In this document: positions 46,401 to 56,475 of the stretch, piece after piece
Position numbering within the stretch: position 1 is the stretch's first letter
Layout of the letters: each line of letters opens with the position of its first letter
Notes under the pieces: model-generated
What the model saw: the letters and a program-made list of their open reading frames with translations, nothing else
Told to the model about the DNA's origin: nothing
The model's database searches: none
Source: Phycisphaerae bacterium
Lineage (GTDB): Bacteria; Planctomycetota; Phycisphaerae; UBA1845; Fen-1342
Length of the DNA stretch: 64,000 nucleotides
Assembly: GCA_963675745.2 (NCBI GenBank)
Contig: CAXXWX010000021.1
Span: 1-64,000 of the forward strand
Reading direction: 5' to 3'
Translations under genes and position numbers: made by a program

Positions 46401-49063
46401 ATGATCCCATGGTCAATCCCGATCCGGGCCAGGGTGATCCGCCAGTCGTCGATATGGGCGCGTTTGAATACCAATACGACTGCAACAACAACACCATCAT
46501 AGACTCGGTCGACATCGCCGCCGGCATCAGCGAGGACTGCGACAACAACGGCGTGCCCGATGAGTGCGATCTGGCCGCCGGGCGCATGACCGATGACAAT
46601 GAGGACGACATCCCCGACCAGTGCGACTGCAATGCCAACGGCGTCTACGACTATGACGACATCGCCTTGGGTACGAGTGAGGACTGCAACGCCAATGCCG
46701 TTCCCGATGAGTGCGACATCGCCGCCGGCACCAGCGAAGATTGCAACCTGAACGATATCCCCGACGAGTGCGACCTGGCCGATTGCGATCCCAACAACCC
46801 CGATTGTCAGGACTGCAACGCCAACGGTGTGCCCGACAGTTGCGACATTGCCGGCGGCGCGTCAACCGACTTCAACGGCGATTCGGTTCCCGACGAGTGC
46901 CAGGATTGCAACGGCAACGGCTGGCCGGATGACTACGAGATCGCCCAGGGCATAACGTCTGACTGCAACAACAACGCGGTTCCCGATGACTGCGATGTCG
47001 ACCCCAGTGATCCGGACGGCGATGGCCAGACGTATCCCGACTGCAATCACAACGCTATTCCGGATAGCTGCGACATCGATCCCAACGACCCGGACGGCAA
47101 CGGGCAGATCAGCGGCGACAGCGGCGGAAACGGCATACCCGACGAGTGCGAGTCAGCGCTGCGTTTCGTGCTCCCGGCCGCTCCGCCGGGCGGTGACGGC
47201 CTGACATGGGCGTCCGCGTTCAATGATCTTCAGCCGGCTCTTGATGACGCCGAGGTCATGTACGATGTGGTGACCGAGATATGGGTTGCCGCGGGAAGCT
47301 ACACGCCAAGTGCCACCAGTGACCCCAATGACCCGCGCAGCGCGACGTTTGCCCTGCGCGCCGGCCTGGCCGCTTACGGCGGCCTGGCGGGTACCGAAGA
47401 CCCCAACACGTTCGATCTGGCGGGACGGAACTACATCGCAAATGAGACGATCCTCACCGGTGACCTCGGCGACGACGACTTGCCAGACTTCGTCAACAAC
47501 GATGAGAACTGCTACCACGTCGTGACCGCTGGTGGCAGCGACTCAGCGACCGCGCTCGACGGATTCACGATTACCGCCGGCAACGCCGATGGTGCCGGCC
47601 GGGACTACCAGGGCGGCGGCCTGCTGAATGATGGCGGCCAACTCGCAGTCGCAAACTGCACGTTTATGCGCAACTGGGCCGGTGCCGGTGGCGGAATCGC
47701 CAATCTCGACGGCGGTGACAGCACGATCGACCATTGCACGTTCGAATTCAACCAGGCCGAGACCAGCGGCGGGGGTGTATACAACCTCGACGCCGATCCC
47801 ACGCTGACAGAATGCTGGTTCCGCTATAACACGGCAGACAAGGGTGCCGGGCTGGCCAACGACGCCGCCCGCGCTGATGTCAGCCACTGCGTCTTCGAGC
47901 ACAACAGCGCAGTCCATTACGGCGGCGGAGCGCGCAACGAATCCTCGCCGGCGCCAAGTTACACAGACTGTGCCTTTGTGTGTAACGTGGCCGATGCGGA
48001 CGGCGGTGGCCTCAGTGACAGCAATGCAGGCGCGCGCGTGGTGGATTGCACATTCGCCACCAACCGGGCCGCCATCTTCGGCGGCGGCCTCTGCCTCAGT
48101 AACACCGACCGCAGTTCCAATGTGGTCAACTGCCAGTTCCTCGGTAATTTCGCCCAGTACGGCGGCGCGCTGGTGACGACCACCGGCCCGGCGACCGTCG
48201 CCAACTGCCTGATGATCGGCAATGTGGGCCGGGGGCAGGCCGGCGGCCTTGGCGGTGGAGGAGGCGTTTTTGTCTACGGCGGCCAGCCCCTGATCACCAA
48301 CAGCACGCTCTGCGCCAATATCAGTCGCGAAGGTGCCGGCGCCGGGATCTATGGGTTTTACGGCACGCCGACCATCGCCAATTGCGTTCTGTGGGGCAAC
48401 ACGATTGGCGCCGCCGATCCCAACGAGCCCGCGCAGATTTTCATCTACGGTGATGCGCCGGTGGTGGATTTCTCGTGTGTTGACGGATGGACCGGTGCCC
48501 TGGGCGGCACTGGGAACTTCAGCAGCGATCCGATGTTTGTGCAAACGCCCAGCGATGGTGATGACGGCTGGGTCGACGATCCCAACACTACAGGTGTGGA
48601 CGAGAGCGCAAACAACGATTACGGCAACCTGCGCCTCCAAGCGGGATCGGCGTGCGTGGACTCCGGCGACAACAACCGCGTGGCGCGCGACACGCTGGAT
48701 TTCGATGATGATGACTGCCCGACCGACCGCATCCCGATCGACCTTGATCACAACTATCGCCTGCATGACGATCCGGTGACGCCCGACAGTGGTCTGCCGA
48801 CCGGGGCTCCGGCCATTGTTGATCGCGGACCGTACGAACTCGGCGCGTCGGCGACCATTCCGCCGTCGGCCTGTCCCGGCGACACGAATTGCGACGGACT
48901 TATCAACAACGGCGACATCGACCCGTTCATACTCGCCATCACCGAGCCGGCCCTGTACGCGGCGGCGTATCCCGAGTGCGACGTGTTCTCCGCCGACTGC
49001 AACAGCGACGGCCTGATCAACAACGGCGACATCGACTGGTTTGTCGCGTTGCTGTCTGAGTGA
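43490..49063 (+). CDS. Very large secreted right-handed beta-helix (Pmp-like GGA/FxxN repeat) protein with Cys/Asp repeats and dockerin-like tail
   Basis: Signal peptide, many CxFxxNxAxxGGA repeats in two blocks, SPCIDAG..VDMGAFE, multiple DCNxNxxPDxCD repeats, terminal GDTNCDGLINNGDIDPF. Confidence 0.85.
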   Translation: MFVRARNAAALTTLVLLCLNSTVVAQSRLFVKCDATGADDGSSWDDAYVYLQDALSAAAGSGGTVTTIWVAGCTYKPDQGQGLTPGTRTLSFELQNGLAIYGGFAGDEDPNTFDIADRDFVTNEAILSGDLAGDDDPNFVNYGENSYHVTVALGVNSSAKINGFTVSGGNADGGGADSEGGGIRIDAGAPMVVNCIFRANTAELGGGVANRHATPTLTDCRLEGNASSASGGGLFSRDTDSHPAMIGCVLTGNAAVSDGGGVFVCCGTELTLTDCQFVGNTAQYGGGLTNHECDAAITGCAFSNNSASVEGGGALCAWEGNPSFQNCTFTGNSAPSGGGIYHGGTGTPSFVDCTFEQNTATSVGGAFFVGDDNAFQLTRCHFNYNHCDNDGGAIACHTATLTLDDCDFTGNTSTYGGAFALGWDGSADFTDCEFISNESTDRGGAIQGWGTEGSISALRCTFTENSSDTSGGAIDYRNGTLTLTECDFVDNSCVYDGGAVNTYDSAVPDYSGCTFTGNHAGTVGGGASIWATQSGTLAYCHFENNTSGDAGGAVFISESDPTVDTCTFTTNSSNWGGALEISGNDCQPHILECVFASNITTGADGGAISNNGSYPTIEGCNFSDNHAADDGGAIRMYYAFPVITDCDFTDNTCADRGGALYDGSEVGPTGDVIVSGCTFTNSHAGNAGGALYQMSSTAYTLTDCELIGGSASSGGGVWAVIGDLTIRDTLIRDGNVSGRGGGIWAQTMNITIVDTDLVGNTATVDGGGMACSGATLTACNLRLLGNGTNGRGGGLWSLQGNDSITNCAFGSNTAGTQGGGLFTWSTVTGSFSLNVTNSTFAGNSANAGASMHCGYGGGSPIAVEVHNSILWDDVAGIVDIDGSVNDVTYCNVMGGWAGVGNVNEDPKLVDIDGTDNIPGTLDDLLILGAGSPCIDAGSNDAVPADIHDLDGDLNTTELLPYDLDDVPRFVNDPMVNPDPGQGDPPVVDMGAFEYQYDCNNNTIIDSVDIAAGISEDCDNNGVPDECDLAAGRMTDDNEDDIPDQCDCNANGVYDYDDIALGTSEDCNANAVPDECDIAAGTSEDCNLNDIPDECDLADCDPNNPDCQDCNANGVPDSCDIAGGASTDFNGDSVPDECQDCNGNGWPDDYEIAQGITSDCNNNAVPDDCDVDPSDPDGDGQTYPDCNHNAIPDSCDIDPNDPDGNGQISGDSGGNGIPDECESALRFVLPAAPPGGDGLTWASAFNDLQPALDDAEVMYDVVTEIWVAAGSYTPSATSDPNDPRSATFALRAGLAAYGGLAGTEDPNTFDLAGRNYIANETILTGDLGDDDLPDFVNNDENCYHVVTAGGSDSATALDGFTITAGNADGAGRDYQGGGLLNDGGQLAVANCTFMRNWAGAGGGIANLDGGDSTIDHCTFEFNQAETSGGGVYNLDADPTLTECWFRYNTADKGAGLANDAARADVSHCVFEHNSAVHYGGGARNESSPAPSYTDCAFVCNVADADGGGLSDSNAGARVVDCTFATNRAAIFGGGLCLSNTDRSSNVVNCQFLGNFAQYGGALVTTTGPATVANCLMIGNVGRGQAGGLGGGGGVFVYGGQPLITNSTLCANISREGAGAGIYGFYGTPTIANCVLWGNTIGAADPNEPAQIFIYGDAPVVDFSCVDGWTGALGGTGNFSSDPMFVQTPSDGDDGWVDDPNTTGVDESANNDYGNLRLQAGSACVDSGDNNRVARDTLDFDDDDCPTDRIPIDLDHNYRLHDDPVTPDSGLPTGAPAIVDRGPYELGASATIPPSACPGDTNCDGLINNGDIDPFILAITEPALYAAAYPECDVFSADCNSDGLINNGDIDWFVALLSE

Positions 49064-49359
49064 CCGCCGGCTGCGCGGACCTGTGAGCATCGGGCGGGCG
49101 GCCAACGCCGGGGCGGAAGTCTCGACGGACGTCCCGCCGGCGTTGCAACTGCTTCCCCGCACACGTTACGCTGCGCAACGTATGGCGTATCGCTTGGGTT
49201 TTGGCGCCACTCCCTGCCCGACCTGTGACGGTCATGCGTTTACTCTGACCGGCGACGTCAGCGGGAGTTGCCCCCACTGCGATAACAGACCGCGCGGGCG
49301 TATGCTTGCCCCGCGATTCGTGCGCCATGCTGACCCGTGAGCCGGGAGGGCTTAATCGG

Positions 49360-49812
49360 ATGCGATGGCGACGCACGGCGAAGCGGCTGGGAACGAGGCT
49401 TTGTATCGCGATCGTTCTTGTCGCGATCGGTAGCCTGTGGCTGCGTTTCTCCGCCAGCACCAGCATGCTCGGGTTCGAAGTTGGGAGCGGAGTTCTGGAG
49501 ATCACGTGGCAAGGTGGCGATGCGCCCGTCCGCCTTCCAAGAGGATGCTGGGTTGAAACTGTGCCGGCGAGTCTGGATCTTAGGCCGCCGACGATCGGGC
49601 AGTCAGTGTATGTTAGTGCGAAGCGCTCCGAGTCTTTCCGATATGCCAGGCTGCCACTCTGGTTGCCGCTCCTGCTGATCGCCGGGCCGACGGCGTACCT
49701 GTGGTGGCGCGATCGGCCGCCGCGCCCCGGGCACTGCGCGCGATGCGGCTACAACCTCACCGGCAACGCCAGCGGCCGTTGTCCCGAGTGCGGCGAGTCG
49801 ATCCACAAATGA
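49360..49812 (+). CDS. Membrane protein with C-terminal zinc ribbon (Phycisphaerae-type)
   Basis: TM segments, [23 protein letters not shown] and [22 protein letters not shown]. Start uncertain. Confidence 0.75.
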   Translation: MRWRRTAKRLGTRLCIAIVLVAIGSLWLRFSASTSMLGFEVGSGVLEITWQGGDAPVRLPRGCWVETVPASLDLRPPTIGQSVYVSAKRSESFRYARLPLWLPLLLIAGPTAYLWWRDRPPRPGHCARCGYNLTGNASGRCPECGESIHK

Positions 49813-49837
49813 TGACGAGCAACGAGAAGGGGGCAAA

Positions 49838-49911
49838 TGGGCGGCGACGGACTCGAACCGCCGACATCTTCCTTGTAAGGGAAGCGCTCTAGCCAACTGA
49901 GCTAGCCGCCC
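49838..49911 (-). tRNA. tRNA-Val (anticodon TAC), CCA not encoded
   Basis: GGGCGGC acceptor stem, TAGCTCAGTTGGCTAGAGC D-arm, CTTCC-CTTACAA-GGAAG anticodon arm, GGTTCGAGTCC T-arm. Confidence 0.97.
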
Positions 49912-50044
49912 GGGGCCGGTTCACACTCAGACCGGGATCGAGTTATCATATCCGCGAAACCGCCGCCCACCAAGCGCCGCGTGCGAGGCGCCCCGCGGTT
50001 TCACGGGTCATAGCGCACAAGATTTTCGCGGAGGCCGGCCGGCC

Positions 50045-51139
50045 ATGGCTGACGAGACTTCCAGGGATAAGCGGCTTGCGGAGTGTCGTCGGCGCATCGA
50101 CGAGATTGACGCCGAGGTCGTTCGCCTGCTAAGTGCGCGAGGCGAGGCCGCCCGTGAGATTGGTGCCATCAAGGCCGAGGACGGCGTCGCCGTATACGCG
50201 CCGGACCGCGAGAAGCAGGTTTACCAGCGTCTCGACGAGCTGAACACCGGTCCGTTTTCCAGCCAGGTCCTGCGCGCGATCTATCGCGAGCTGATGAGCG
50301 GTTCGATCGCTCTCGAACGCCCGCAGCGCATCGCGTTTCTCGGTCCGCGCGGAAGTTTCTCGCACTTGGCGGCCACGGCGAAGTTCGGCGCCGCGGTCGA
50401 GTACGAGCCCGTCCTAGACATCGCCGGCGCGTTCGCCGAAGTGGATCACGACCGGGCTGACTTTGCCGTCGTCCCGGTTGAGAACTCCACCGGCGGCGGT
50501 GTAATCGACACGTTGGACGCGTTCATGAACACGGCCGTCAAGGTCTGTGCCGAGATCCGAATCCGTATCCATCACAACGTGTTATCACGCGTGCCACTGG
50601 GCGAGATCAGCCGGCTCTACTCCAAGCCCGAGATTTTCGAGCAGTGCCGCGGCTGGTTGATGGAAACCGGCTTGCTCGACAAGACCATACCCGTGGCCAG
50701 CAGCAGCAGAGCGGCCGAGCTTGCCGCGGCCGAAGCTGGGGCGGCGGCGATCGGCAGCACGCTTGCCGCCGAGCTCTTCGACCTGCCCGTGCTGGTTGGG
50801 AACATCGAGGAAAACCCGCGCAACATCACGCGATTCTTCGTGCTGGGCCACAAGATGGCGCGCCCGACGGGTGACGATAAGACGGTGGTAATGTTCGCCG
50901 CCGCCCACCGCGCCGGCGCGCTGGTCGACGTGCTGGACGCGTTTCGGCAGGCGGGGGTTAACCTGACGATGATCACCTCACGCCCCAGCAAGCGACGCAA
51001 CTGGGAGTACTACTTCTTCGTTGACGCCGAAGGACACGCCGACATCCCGCCGGTGTCGGCTGCGCTGACGGCCGCGCGCGAGCACTGCCTGCACCTGTCG
51101 GTGTTGGGTTCATATCCGCAAACGCCCGAGTTGGCCTGA
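50045..51139 (+). CDS. pheA: Bifunctional chorismate mutase/prephenate dehydratase
   Basis: RRRIDEIDAE..R..IGAIK..RE, FLGPRGSFS, VPVENSTGG, NITRFFVLG, NLTMITSRPS..WEYYFFVD. Confidence 0.95.
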   Translation: MADETSRDKRLAECRRRIDEIDAEVVRLLSARGEAAREIGAIKAEDGVAVYAPDREKQVYQRLDELNTGPFSSQVLRAIYRELMSGSIALERPQRIAFLGPRGSFSHLAATAKFGAAVEYEPVLDIAGAFAEVDHDRADFAVVPVENSTGGGVIDTLDAFMNTAVKVCAEIRIRIHHNVLSRVPLGEISRLYSKPEIFEQCRGWLMETGLLDKTIPVASSSRAAELAAAEAGAAAIGSTLAAELFDLPVLVGNIEENPRNITRFFVLGHKMARPTGDDKTVVMFAAAHRAGALVDVLDAFRQAGVNLTMITSRPSKRRNWEYYFFVDAEGHADIPPVSAALTAAREHCLHLSVLGSYPQTPELA

Positions 51140-51455
51140 ACGCGCGGCCGTTTAATGCTGACCACCGTCGCGGCGGCCGCTTACCGGTCGGTTCCGCCCT
51201 CCAAAAAAGTCCGATCTCCATTTGAATCGGCCCTTCCGGCATGCCTATCAACTGATGTGCGGCGCGTGTATGCGGGCCCCACGAGCAGAATGTGAGACGC
51301 GTCCATCCAGGTAAGGGAATGATGGGCGCGGGTAACCACGCGGCCCGCCGTATGCGGCCGGTGGGCTGAATATCGACTCTCCATCAAGTATTTGCGTGGC
51401 ATAGAGCCGCGCGAAGAGCGTAGCGGCAATGGGCCGCGCTACCAGGGAGGAAGCG

Positions 51456-52196
51456 ATGCGCGCCAGGTTGATTGGCATTATTGCAGCCATGAGTGTTGGA
51501 GCCACATTGGCTTCGGCGTCCATGATCGTCTACGACAACATCGGGGATTTCGTGCCGGACGGCGACACGTACTATGAAGCCTCCCAGGTTATCGACCTCG
51601 GCGGCGGCGACGTCAATTCCTGGGTCGCCGAGGATTTTTACGCTTATGACCTCGCGCCTGAAGAAGTCGCCGAAATCGACGCGATTGAATGGGTCGCGGA
51701 ATACAACAACCACGGCATGTTCCGCTCGGAGATAATCTACACCGCCGAAGTTATCATCCTTGAGGAATCGGTCGAGAGGGGCTACACCGAAGTCGCCGGC
51801 TTCCCCATTGATGGGCTGAGCTATGAGCGCGAGGGGACCGAAGTCGGTGTTGCCGTCGTCGATCGCTTCACTGTTGAGCTGCCCGAGACATTCATCATGA
51901 CGCCCGAGTCCCATTACTACGTGGGTGTGCGTTTGAAGACGCCGGACGGCATGTACGGCGGCAGCCATCGAATTGCCAGCGTCGGCAACCCGGTAAACGA
52001 CCACAGCCTGGCCAGCGCGATATACAAGTCCGACTGGGGTTACCCGGACTGGACACCGATGGATTCCGACCCGTTCTGGGCCGGCTCTGGAAACACGGAA
52101 TACGCCATCTCGCTTCGCGGAACCATTACGCCCGAGCCGGCGGGGATGCTGCTGATTCTCGTGGGTGCCGGCGTATTGCTGGGCCGGCGGCGCTAA
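51456..52196 (+). CDS. PEP-CTERM sorting-domain protein
   Basis: Signal peptide, acidic body, C-terminal TPEPAGMLLILVGAGVLLGRRR. Confidence 0.88.
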   Translation: MRARLIGIIAAMSVGATLASASMIVYDNIGDFVPDGDTYYEASQVIDLGGGDVNSWVAEDFYAYDLAPEEVAEIDAIEWVAEYNNHGMFRSEIIYTAEVIILEESVERGYTEVAGFPIDGLSYEREGTEVGVAVVDRFTVELPETFIMTPESHYYVGVRLKTPDGMYGGSHRIASVGNPVNDHSLASAIYKSDWGYPDWTPMDSDPFWAGSGNTEYAISLRGTITPEPAGMLLILVGAGVLLGRRR

Positions 52197-52237
52197 GGCC
52201 TTACGCGGGGGCCGACTGAAACCCACATGCAAACTGC

Positions 52238-52269
52238 AACGGGCGCCGTCAACGCGGCGCCCGTTTTTG
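52238..52269 (+). terminator. Rho-independent terminator
   Basis: AACGGGCGCCG-TCAACG-CGGCGCCCGTT-TTT. Confidence 0.75.
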
Positions 52270-52309
52270 TACTGCGCCGGGCCGCGAATATGTGTGCCGC
52301 CGATGATGC

Positions 52310-53032
52310 TCAGGGGCGTGGCGGGATCTTGACTTTGTCGGGCGCGAGCAATTCGCGGGCGCGCCCCAGTGGGACAAGGTAAGAGTCGGCCGGTGCCTGC
52401 TCCAGCGATTCAAAGGACCATGCCTGATCAACGCGGAAGGGCCCGACCGCGGAGCGCGTCAACGCGGTGAGACATCCACCCGTGTCGAGACTGGTGCCCA
52501 GATCGCGAATCAGCGCGCGAACATACATCCCACGCCCGCAGGCAACCGAGAACTCGACCGTCGGCCACGCATAGGCGTGGATGTGCAGCCAATAGACCTG
52601 GACCGCGCGGGGCTTAAGCTCGGGGAGCCGGCCGGATTTCTGAAGCTTATAGGACGGTCGCCCGCCGACCTTGAGCGCGCTGATCGCCGGCGGTAGCTGC
52701 TGAATCGTGCCCTCCAGCGCCGCAGCCGCGGCCCGCACATCGTCAACATGAGGGATTGTACGTACATCAACTGCGTGCAAAGGGCGGTCGCTGTCAAAGC
52801 TCTCACTCGTGACGTCCAGCCGAGCGGTCGCGCGGTAGACTTTCGGCTGGTCCATAAGCGATTCCACTAACTTGGTGGCCTTGCCCAGACAAAGCACGAG
52901 GACGCCCTCGGCCGCCGGGTCGAGCGTGCCGGCATGACCGCTCTTGCGCTGGCCGGAGATCTTGCGCACGCGATATAGCGCCTTGGCACTGGTTATTCCA
53001 ATCGGCTTATGGAAGTTGATGATGCCGTCCAT
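52310..53032 (-). CDS. truB: tRNA pseudouridine(55) synthase (short form, no obvious PUA domain)
   Basis: DGIINFHKPIGITS, GHAGTLDPAAEGVL, QLPPAISALKVGG, CGRGMYVRALIRDLG. Confidence 0.93.
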   Translation of the reverse strand: MDGIINFHKPIGITSAKALYRVRKISGQRKSGHAGTLDPAAEGVLVLCLGKATKLVESLMDQPKVYRATARLDVTSESFDSDRPLHAVDVRTIPHVDDVRAAAAALEGTIQQLPPAISALKVGGRPSYKLQKSGRLPELKPRAVQVYWLHIHAYAWPTVEFSVACGRGMYVRALIRDLGTSLDTGGCLTALTRSAVGPFRVDQAWSFESLEQAPADSYLVPLGRARELLAPDKVKIPPRP

Positions 53033-53438
53033 AGCGGCCTTTTACCGCATTGCCGAGCACACGAACAGTCTCGCGGCTCCAGACATGTGGCGGCGCGGCC
53101 GACGTGCCGACAACGCGACCCGCTGATAAACCGCGCGTGCGGCTTGCCTCTGGCGGCTGGTCCAATATTGTCATATTGGGCCGAAGTTCAGAAGTGTTCT
53201 CTTTATCCAATTCGGCCAGCGGTGCGCCTAATCAGCGAGGAGGCTGAGCAGGAGACCAAAGCGGGCGTGTGACAACTGGTGTCGCGCCCAACACACGGCC
53301 GCGGTGAGGACAACCAATCGCCGTGCCACCCGCGTCTGTTCGCGCAGGTCCCTGTCTCAGGACGCAGTCAACATCCATCCTCGCTCATGGGCCGGAGCGA
53401 GGTCTGGGATGGTCCCGGTACAGCACAACGTTGACCAC

Positions 53439-54416
53439 ATGCCACAACAGGCGGTACGGCAGTCCGGCCTGATCGGACAGAGCTCCGCCGCGGCAAGATT
53501 GCGGTCGCTCATCGGGGGGGTGGCGCAACGGGCTTGCACAGTGATCATCCACGGCGAGTCTGGCACCGGCAAGGAGCTGGTCGCGCGCGAGATCCACGCG
53601 GCATCCGCGCGCAGTGACGGGCCGTTTGTGCCGGTTGACTGCACCACGCTGCGTGACACGCTGTTCGAATCACAGCTTTTCGGCCACGTCAAAGGCGCCT
53701 TCACCGGCGCTGAGCGGGCGACGCTGGGCTTCTTCCGCGCCGCCGACGGGGGCACGCTGTTTCTGGACGAGATTGGCGAGATGGCGCTGCCGGTCCAGGC
53801 CAAGCTGCTGCGCTGCGTCCAGGATCGCGCGGTCGTGCCGCTGGGTGGCGTGGACCCGATCCCGGTCAATATCCGCATCGTCGCGGCAACACACCGCAAC
53901 CTGAAGGCGATGGTTCGCCGAGGTGAATTCCGCGAGGACCTGTACTTTCGTCTGAATGTCGTGCGGATAAACGTGCCGCCGTTGCGGGAACGACGGGAGG
54001 ACATTGCCTCGCTTGCCGAGCACTTCCTGGCGTACTTCGCGCGCATCTACGAGGAGCCATCAAGAGCCTTGTCACCCGAGGCGATCAGGGCCCTCGAACT
54101 GCACGATTGGCCGGGCAACGTGCGCGAACTGGCAAACGCCGTCGAGCAAGGGCACGCCTTGTCGACACGTGGGCTGGTCAACGCCGCCGACCTCCCGGAA
54201 GAGGTGCGCGCGGTCGGGGGCGCGCAGGTGTCGGAATCGATCGATGGGATTCCACCACTCGAAACCGCCGAGCGGGCCTTGATAGCCCGGGCATTGCGTG
54301 CCGCGGGCGGTAACCAGGCCCGTGCGGCCCAGATGCTGCAGATCGACCGTCGGCGTATCTATCGCAAGGTACGCCGCTACGACCTGCACTCGCTCGTCAC
54401 CCATCGCCAGGCGTAA
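53439..54416 (+). CDS. Sigma-54-dependent enhancer-binding protein (AAA+ and Fis HTH, no N-terminal sensor domain)
   Basis: [61 protein letters not shown]. Start uncertain. Confidence 0.92.
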   Translation: MPQQAVRQSGLIGQSSAAARLRSLIGGVAQRACTVIIHGESGTGKELVAREIHAASARSDGPFVPVDCTTLRDTLFESQLFGHVKGAFTGAERATLGFFRAADGGTLFLDEIGEMALPVQAKLLRCVQDRAVVPLGGVDPIPVNIRIVAATHRNLKAMVRRGEFREDLYFRLNVVRINVPPLRERREDIASLAEHFLAYFARIYEEPSRALSPEAIRALELHDWPGNVRELANAVEQGHALSTRGLVNAADLPEEVRAVGGAQVSESIDGIPPLETAERALIARALRAAGGNQARAAQMLQIDRRRIYRKVRRYDLHSLVTHRQA

Positions 54417-54687
54417 CACTCCCCTTATCCAACAGACGCTGCACCGATCAGCCGTCGCACATAGGGCGGCGTGCATCCGGTTATGCCACAACGGTACTCG
54501 TGGCCATAACGGCACCTCGAGTCGTAAGTTCCGGTCTTCAGGTCATTTAAGGATCTGCCGGCCGTGGATAGTACCAAAATAGTACCATATCGGTGAATTG
54601 GCCGGCAATCACAAGGACAGATTGTCGATGACATAAGTCTTTTGGAGGGAGTCACTTGCGCTCTTTCTGTGCGGATGGCCCGGCCTT

Positions 54688-54703
54688 TGGCACGCCGCGT
54701 GAC
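54688..54703 (+). promoter_or_regulatory. Candidate sigma-54 promoter (GA variant at -12)
   Basis: CTTTGGCACG-CCGC-GTGAC, about 55 bp before the receiver-like ORF. Confidence 0.4.
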
Positions 54704-54759
54704 ATACAGGTCGTTTGAACTGACCTTCGCGTCGAAAGGAGACCACAGTCGTGACACTT

Positions 54760-55299
54760 ATGCCGGACACTCGCGTGTTGCTGATTTCCCTGGCGGGCAG
54801 CCCTCCGCCGGACCTGGCACGCATCGCCGTCCGCAACGACTGGCCGCTGCTGCTGGCCGCTCGTGTGTCGCAGGCTTTGAGGGAGGTCAGGGAACGGCGG
54901 CCCGGCGTGGTCATCGTGCCCATCTCGCGGCAGTTCGAAGACGAACTCGAGTTGCTGCGTCTCCTGCCGACCAAAACGCAGCGTGTCTCGTCGATCGCCT
55001 GCGCCAGCGCGCATGATGACAGAATCGAGCGAGCGATACGGAACGCGGGGGCTGACTCCTATCTGCCGACAGCGGCCGACGATGCCCTGGTAGAGCGGAC
55101 TGTTAACGAAATACTGACTCGGCGACAGGCCACACCGTTGCCGATGCACTACGCCGCACGCACGGCTGCTGAGTGCCAACGACTCTCCTCCTCCTCCTCC
55201 TTTTCACCTATGCCGACTGAGAGTTCCGGGCGGCGGGCCAGCTCCGCCCGCCGTCCGCTCAGTGGCACTGGTAACGCGGAGATGGGGCAGGTTGTCTGA
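54760..55299 (+). CDS. Degenerate receiver (CheY-like) domain protein
   Basis: RVLLIS..ALREVRERRPGVVIV..ELLRLL..IERAIRNAGADSYLP pattern; the phosphoacceptor Asp is apparently absent. Confidence 0.5.
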   Translation: MPDTRVLLISLAGSPPPDLARIAVRNDWPLLLAARVSQALREVRERRPGVVIVPISRQFEDELELLRLLPTKTQRVSSIACASAHDDRIERAIRNAGADSYLPTAADDALVERTVNEILTRRQATPLPMHYAARTAAECQRLSSSSSFSPMPTESSGRRASSARRPLSGTGNAEMGQVV

Positions 55300-55601
55300 G
55301 CGGCGGTCAATTGCAGGAATCAATAACGGCACGATGGGTCGACCGCGCAGAGCCGAAGGCCGAGTTGCCGCGGATGACATGAGCAGTTTCCGTTACATCG
55401 GGGGCGCCGGCCGGCAGGGAATTTCTGCCGGCGTTTGAATGCTGACCAGAACGTACTCGAACCGCGCGTAGCGTCTGACCGTCGAGTCGGACGTAGTGGA
55501 TAGACGTACACCCGTTCGGAAAAGGCCTCTGAGGAGCAGGCCGTCGACGGGTGCTGTAGCGAACCAATAGGCAAGTTCACATATCTGCAAGGAGAGAAAC
55601 G

Positions 55602-56396
55602 ATGAGAACCTCAATCAAAGCGGCTGTTTGCGCCGGCTTCATGATGCTGGTCGTCGCCACCGCCGGCGCCGACTGGTTCTTCGGCGAAGACCACAAGATG
55701 CACTTCCCCCAGATGCCCGACACCGATGGCTGGGACGTCAGAGGTACGACGCCGAGCATTCTGGCCGACAACTGGCAGTGCAGCGAGAGCGGGCCGGTCA
55801 CCGACTTCCACATCTGGGGCTCGTGGGAAGGTGGCCTAACCGGCAGCATCACTGAGGTGCGCGTCAGCGTCCACGAGAACGTCCCGGCGGACCCGACCGA
55901 TCCGACTTCGTTCAACCAGCCGGGATCGTTGCTCTGGGCGCAGGCCTTCGATTCCGCCGGGTTTGTCATGCTTGACCCCTGGGGTTCAGGTTTGCAGGGG
56001 TGGTACGACCCGACGACCGGGAATGTGAAGACCAACGACCACGACACGTTCCATCAGATCAACATCGAGAACATCAACAATCCGTTCGTGCAGACGTTCG
56101 GTGAAATCTACTGGTTGAGCTTCTCGGTATCGCTGGACCCCGCCATCGGTGGAACCTGGGGATGGAAGACGGCCGACCTGGACCAGTACCCCGCGCCGTA
56201 TACCGGCAACACTTTCATGGGTGACGCCAACTGGTTCGCGCCGGGAGCCGGGTGGCAGCAGCTTCATGATCCGCTCACTGGTAGTTCGATGGACCTGGCG
56301 TTCGTCATTACGCCCGAGCCGGCTTCGTTGGTGCTGCTCGTTGGCGCTGGTCTGGTGCTCGTGCGATCGAGACGAGGGCGTTTGCTGGCTTCGTAG
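55602..56396 (+). CDS. PEP-CTERM sorting-domain protein
   Basis: Signal peptide, HKMHFPQMPD..GWDV..LADNW domain, C-terminal TPEPASLVLLVGAGLVLVRSRR. Confidence 0.88.
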   Translation: MRTSIKAAVCAGFMMLVVATAGADWFFGEDHKMHFPQMPDTDGWDVRGTTPSILADNWQCSESGPVTDFHIWGSWEGGLTGSITEVRVSVHENVPADPTDPTSFNQPGSLLWAQAFDSAGFVMLDPWGSGLQGWYDPTTGNVKTNDHDTFHQINIENINNPFVQTFGEIYWLSFSVSLDPAIGGTWGWKTADLDQYPAPYTGNTFMGDANWFAPGAGWQQLHDPLTGSSMDLAFVITPEPASLVLLVGAGLVLVRSRRGRLLAS

Positions 56397-56475
56397 TCGC
56401 GCGGCGCCAACATCCGCGTTTGAATGGCACGACCGACCTCGCGACCGCGCGAGTCTGTGATATGGAAGGAAAAGC

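Noticed and set aside
47543..49162. 539-aa - strand ORF
   Set aside because: Antisense shadow of the beta-helix gene.
49838..49911. tRNA-anchored genomic island
   Set aside because: No integrase and no duplicated tRNA 3-prime end were noticed in the window.
56424..56440. Sigma-54 promoter (TGGCACG) before the third PEP-CTERM gene
   Set aside because: No GC or GA dinucleotide at the -12 position.
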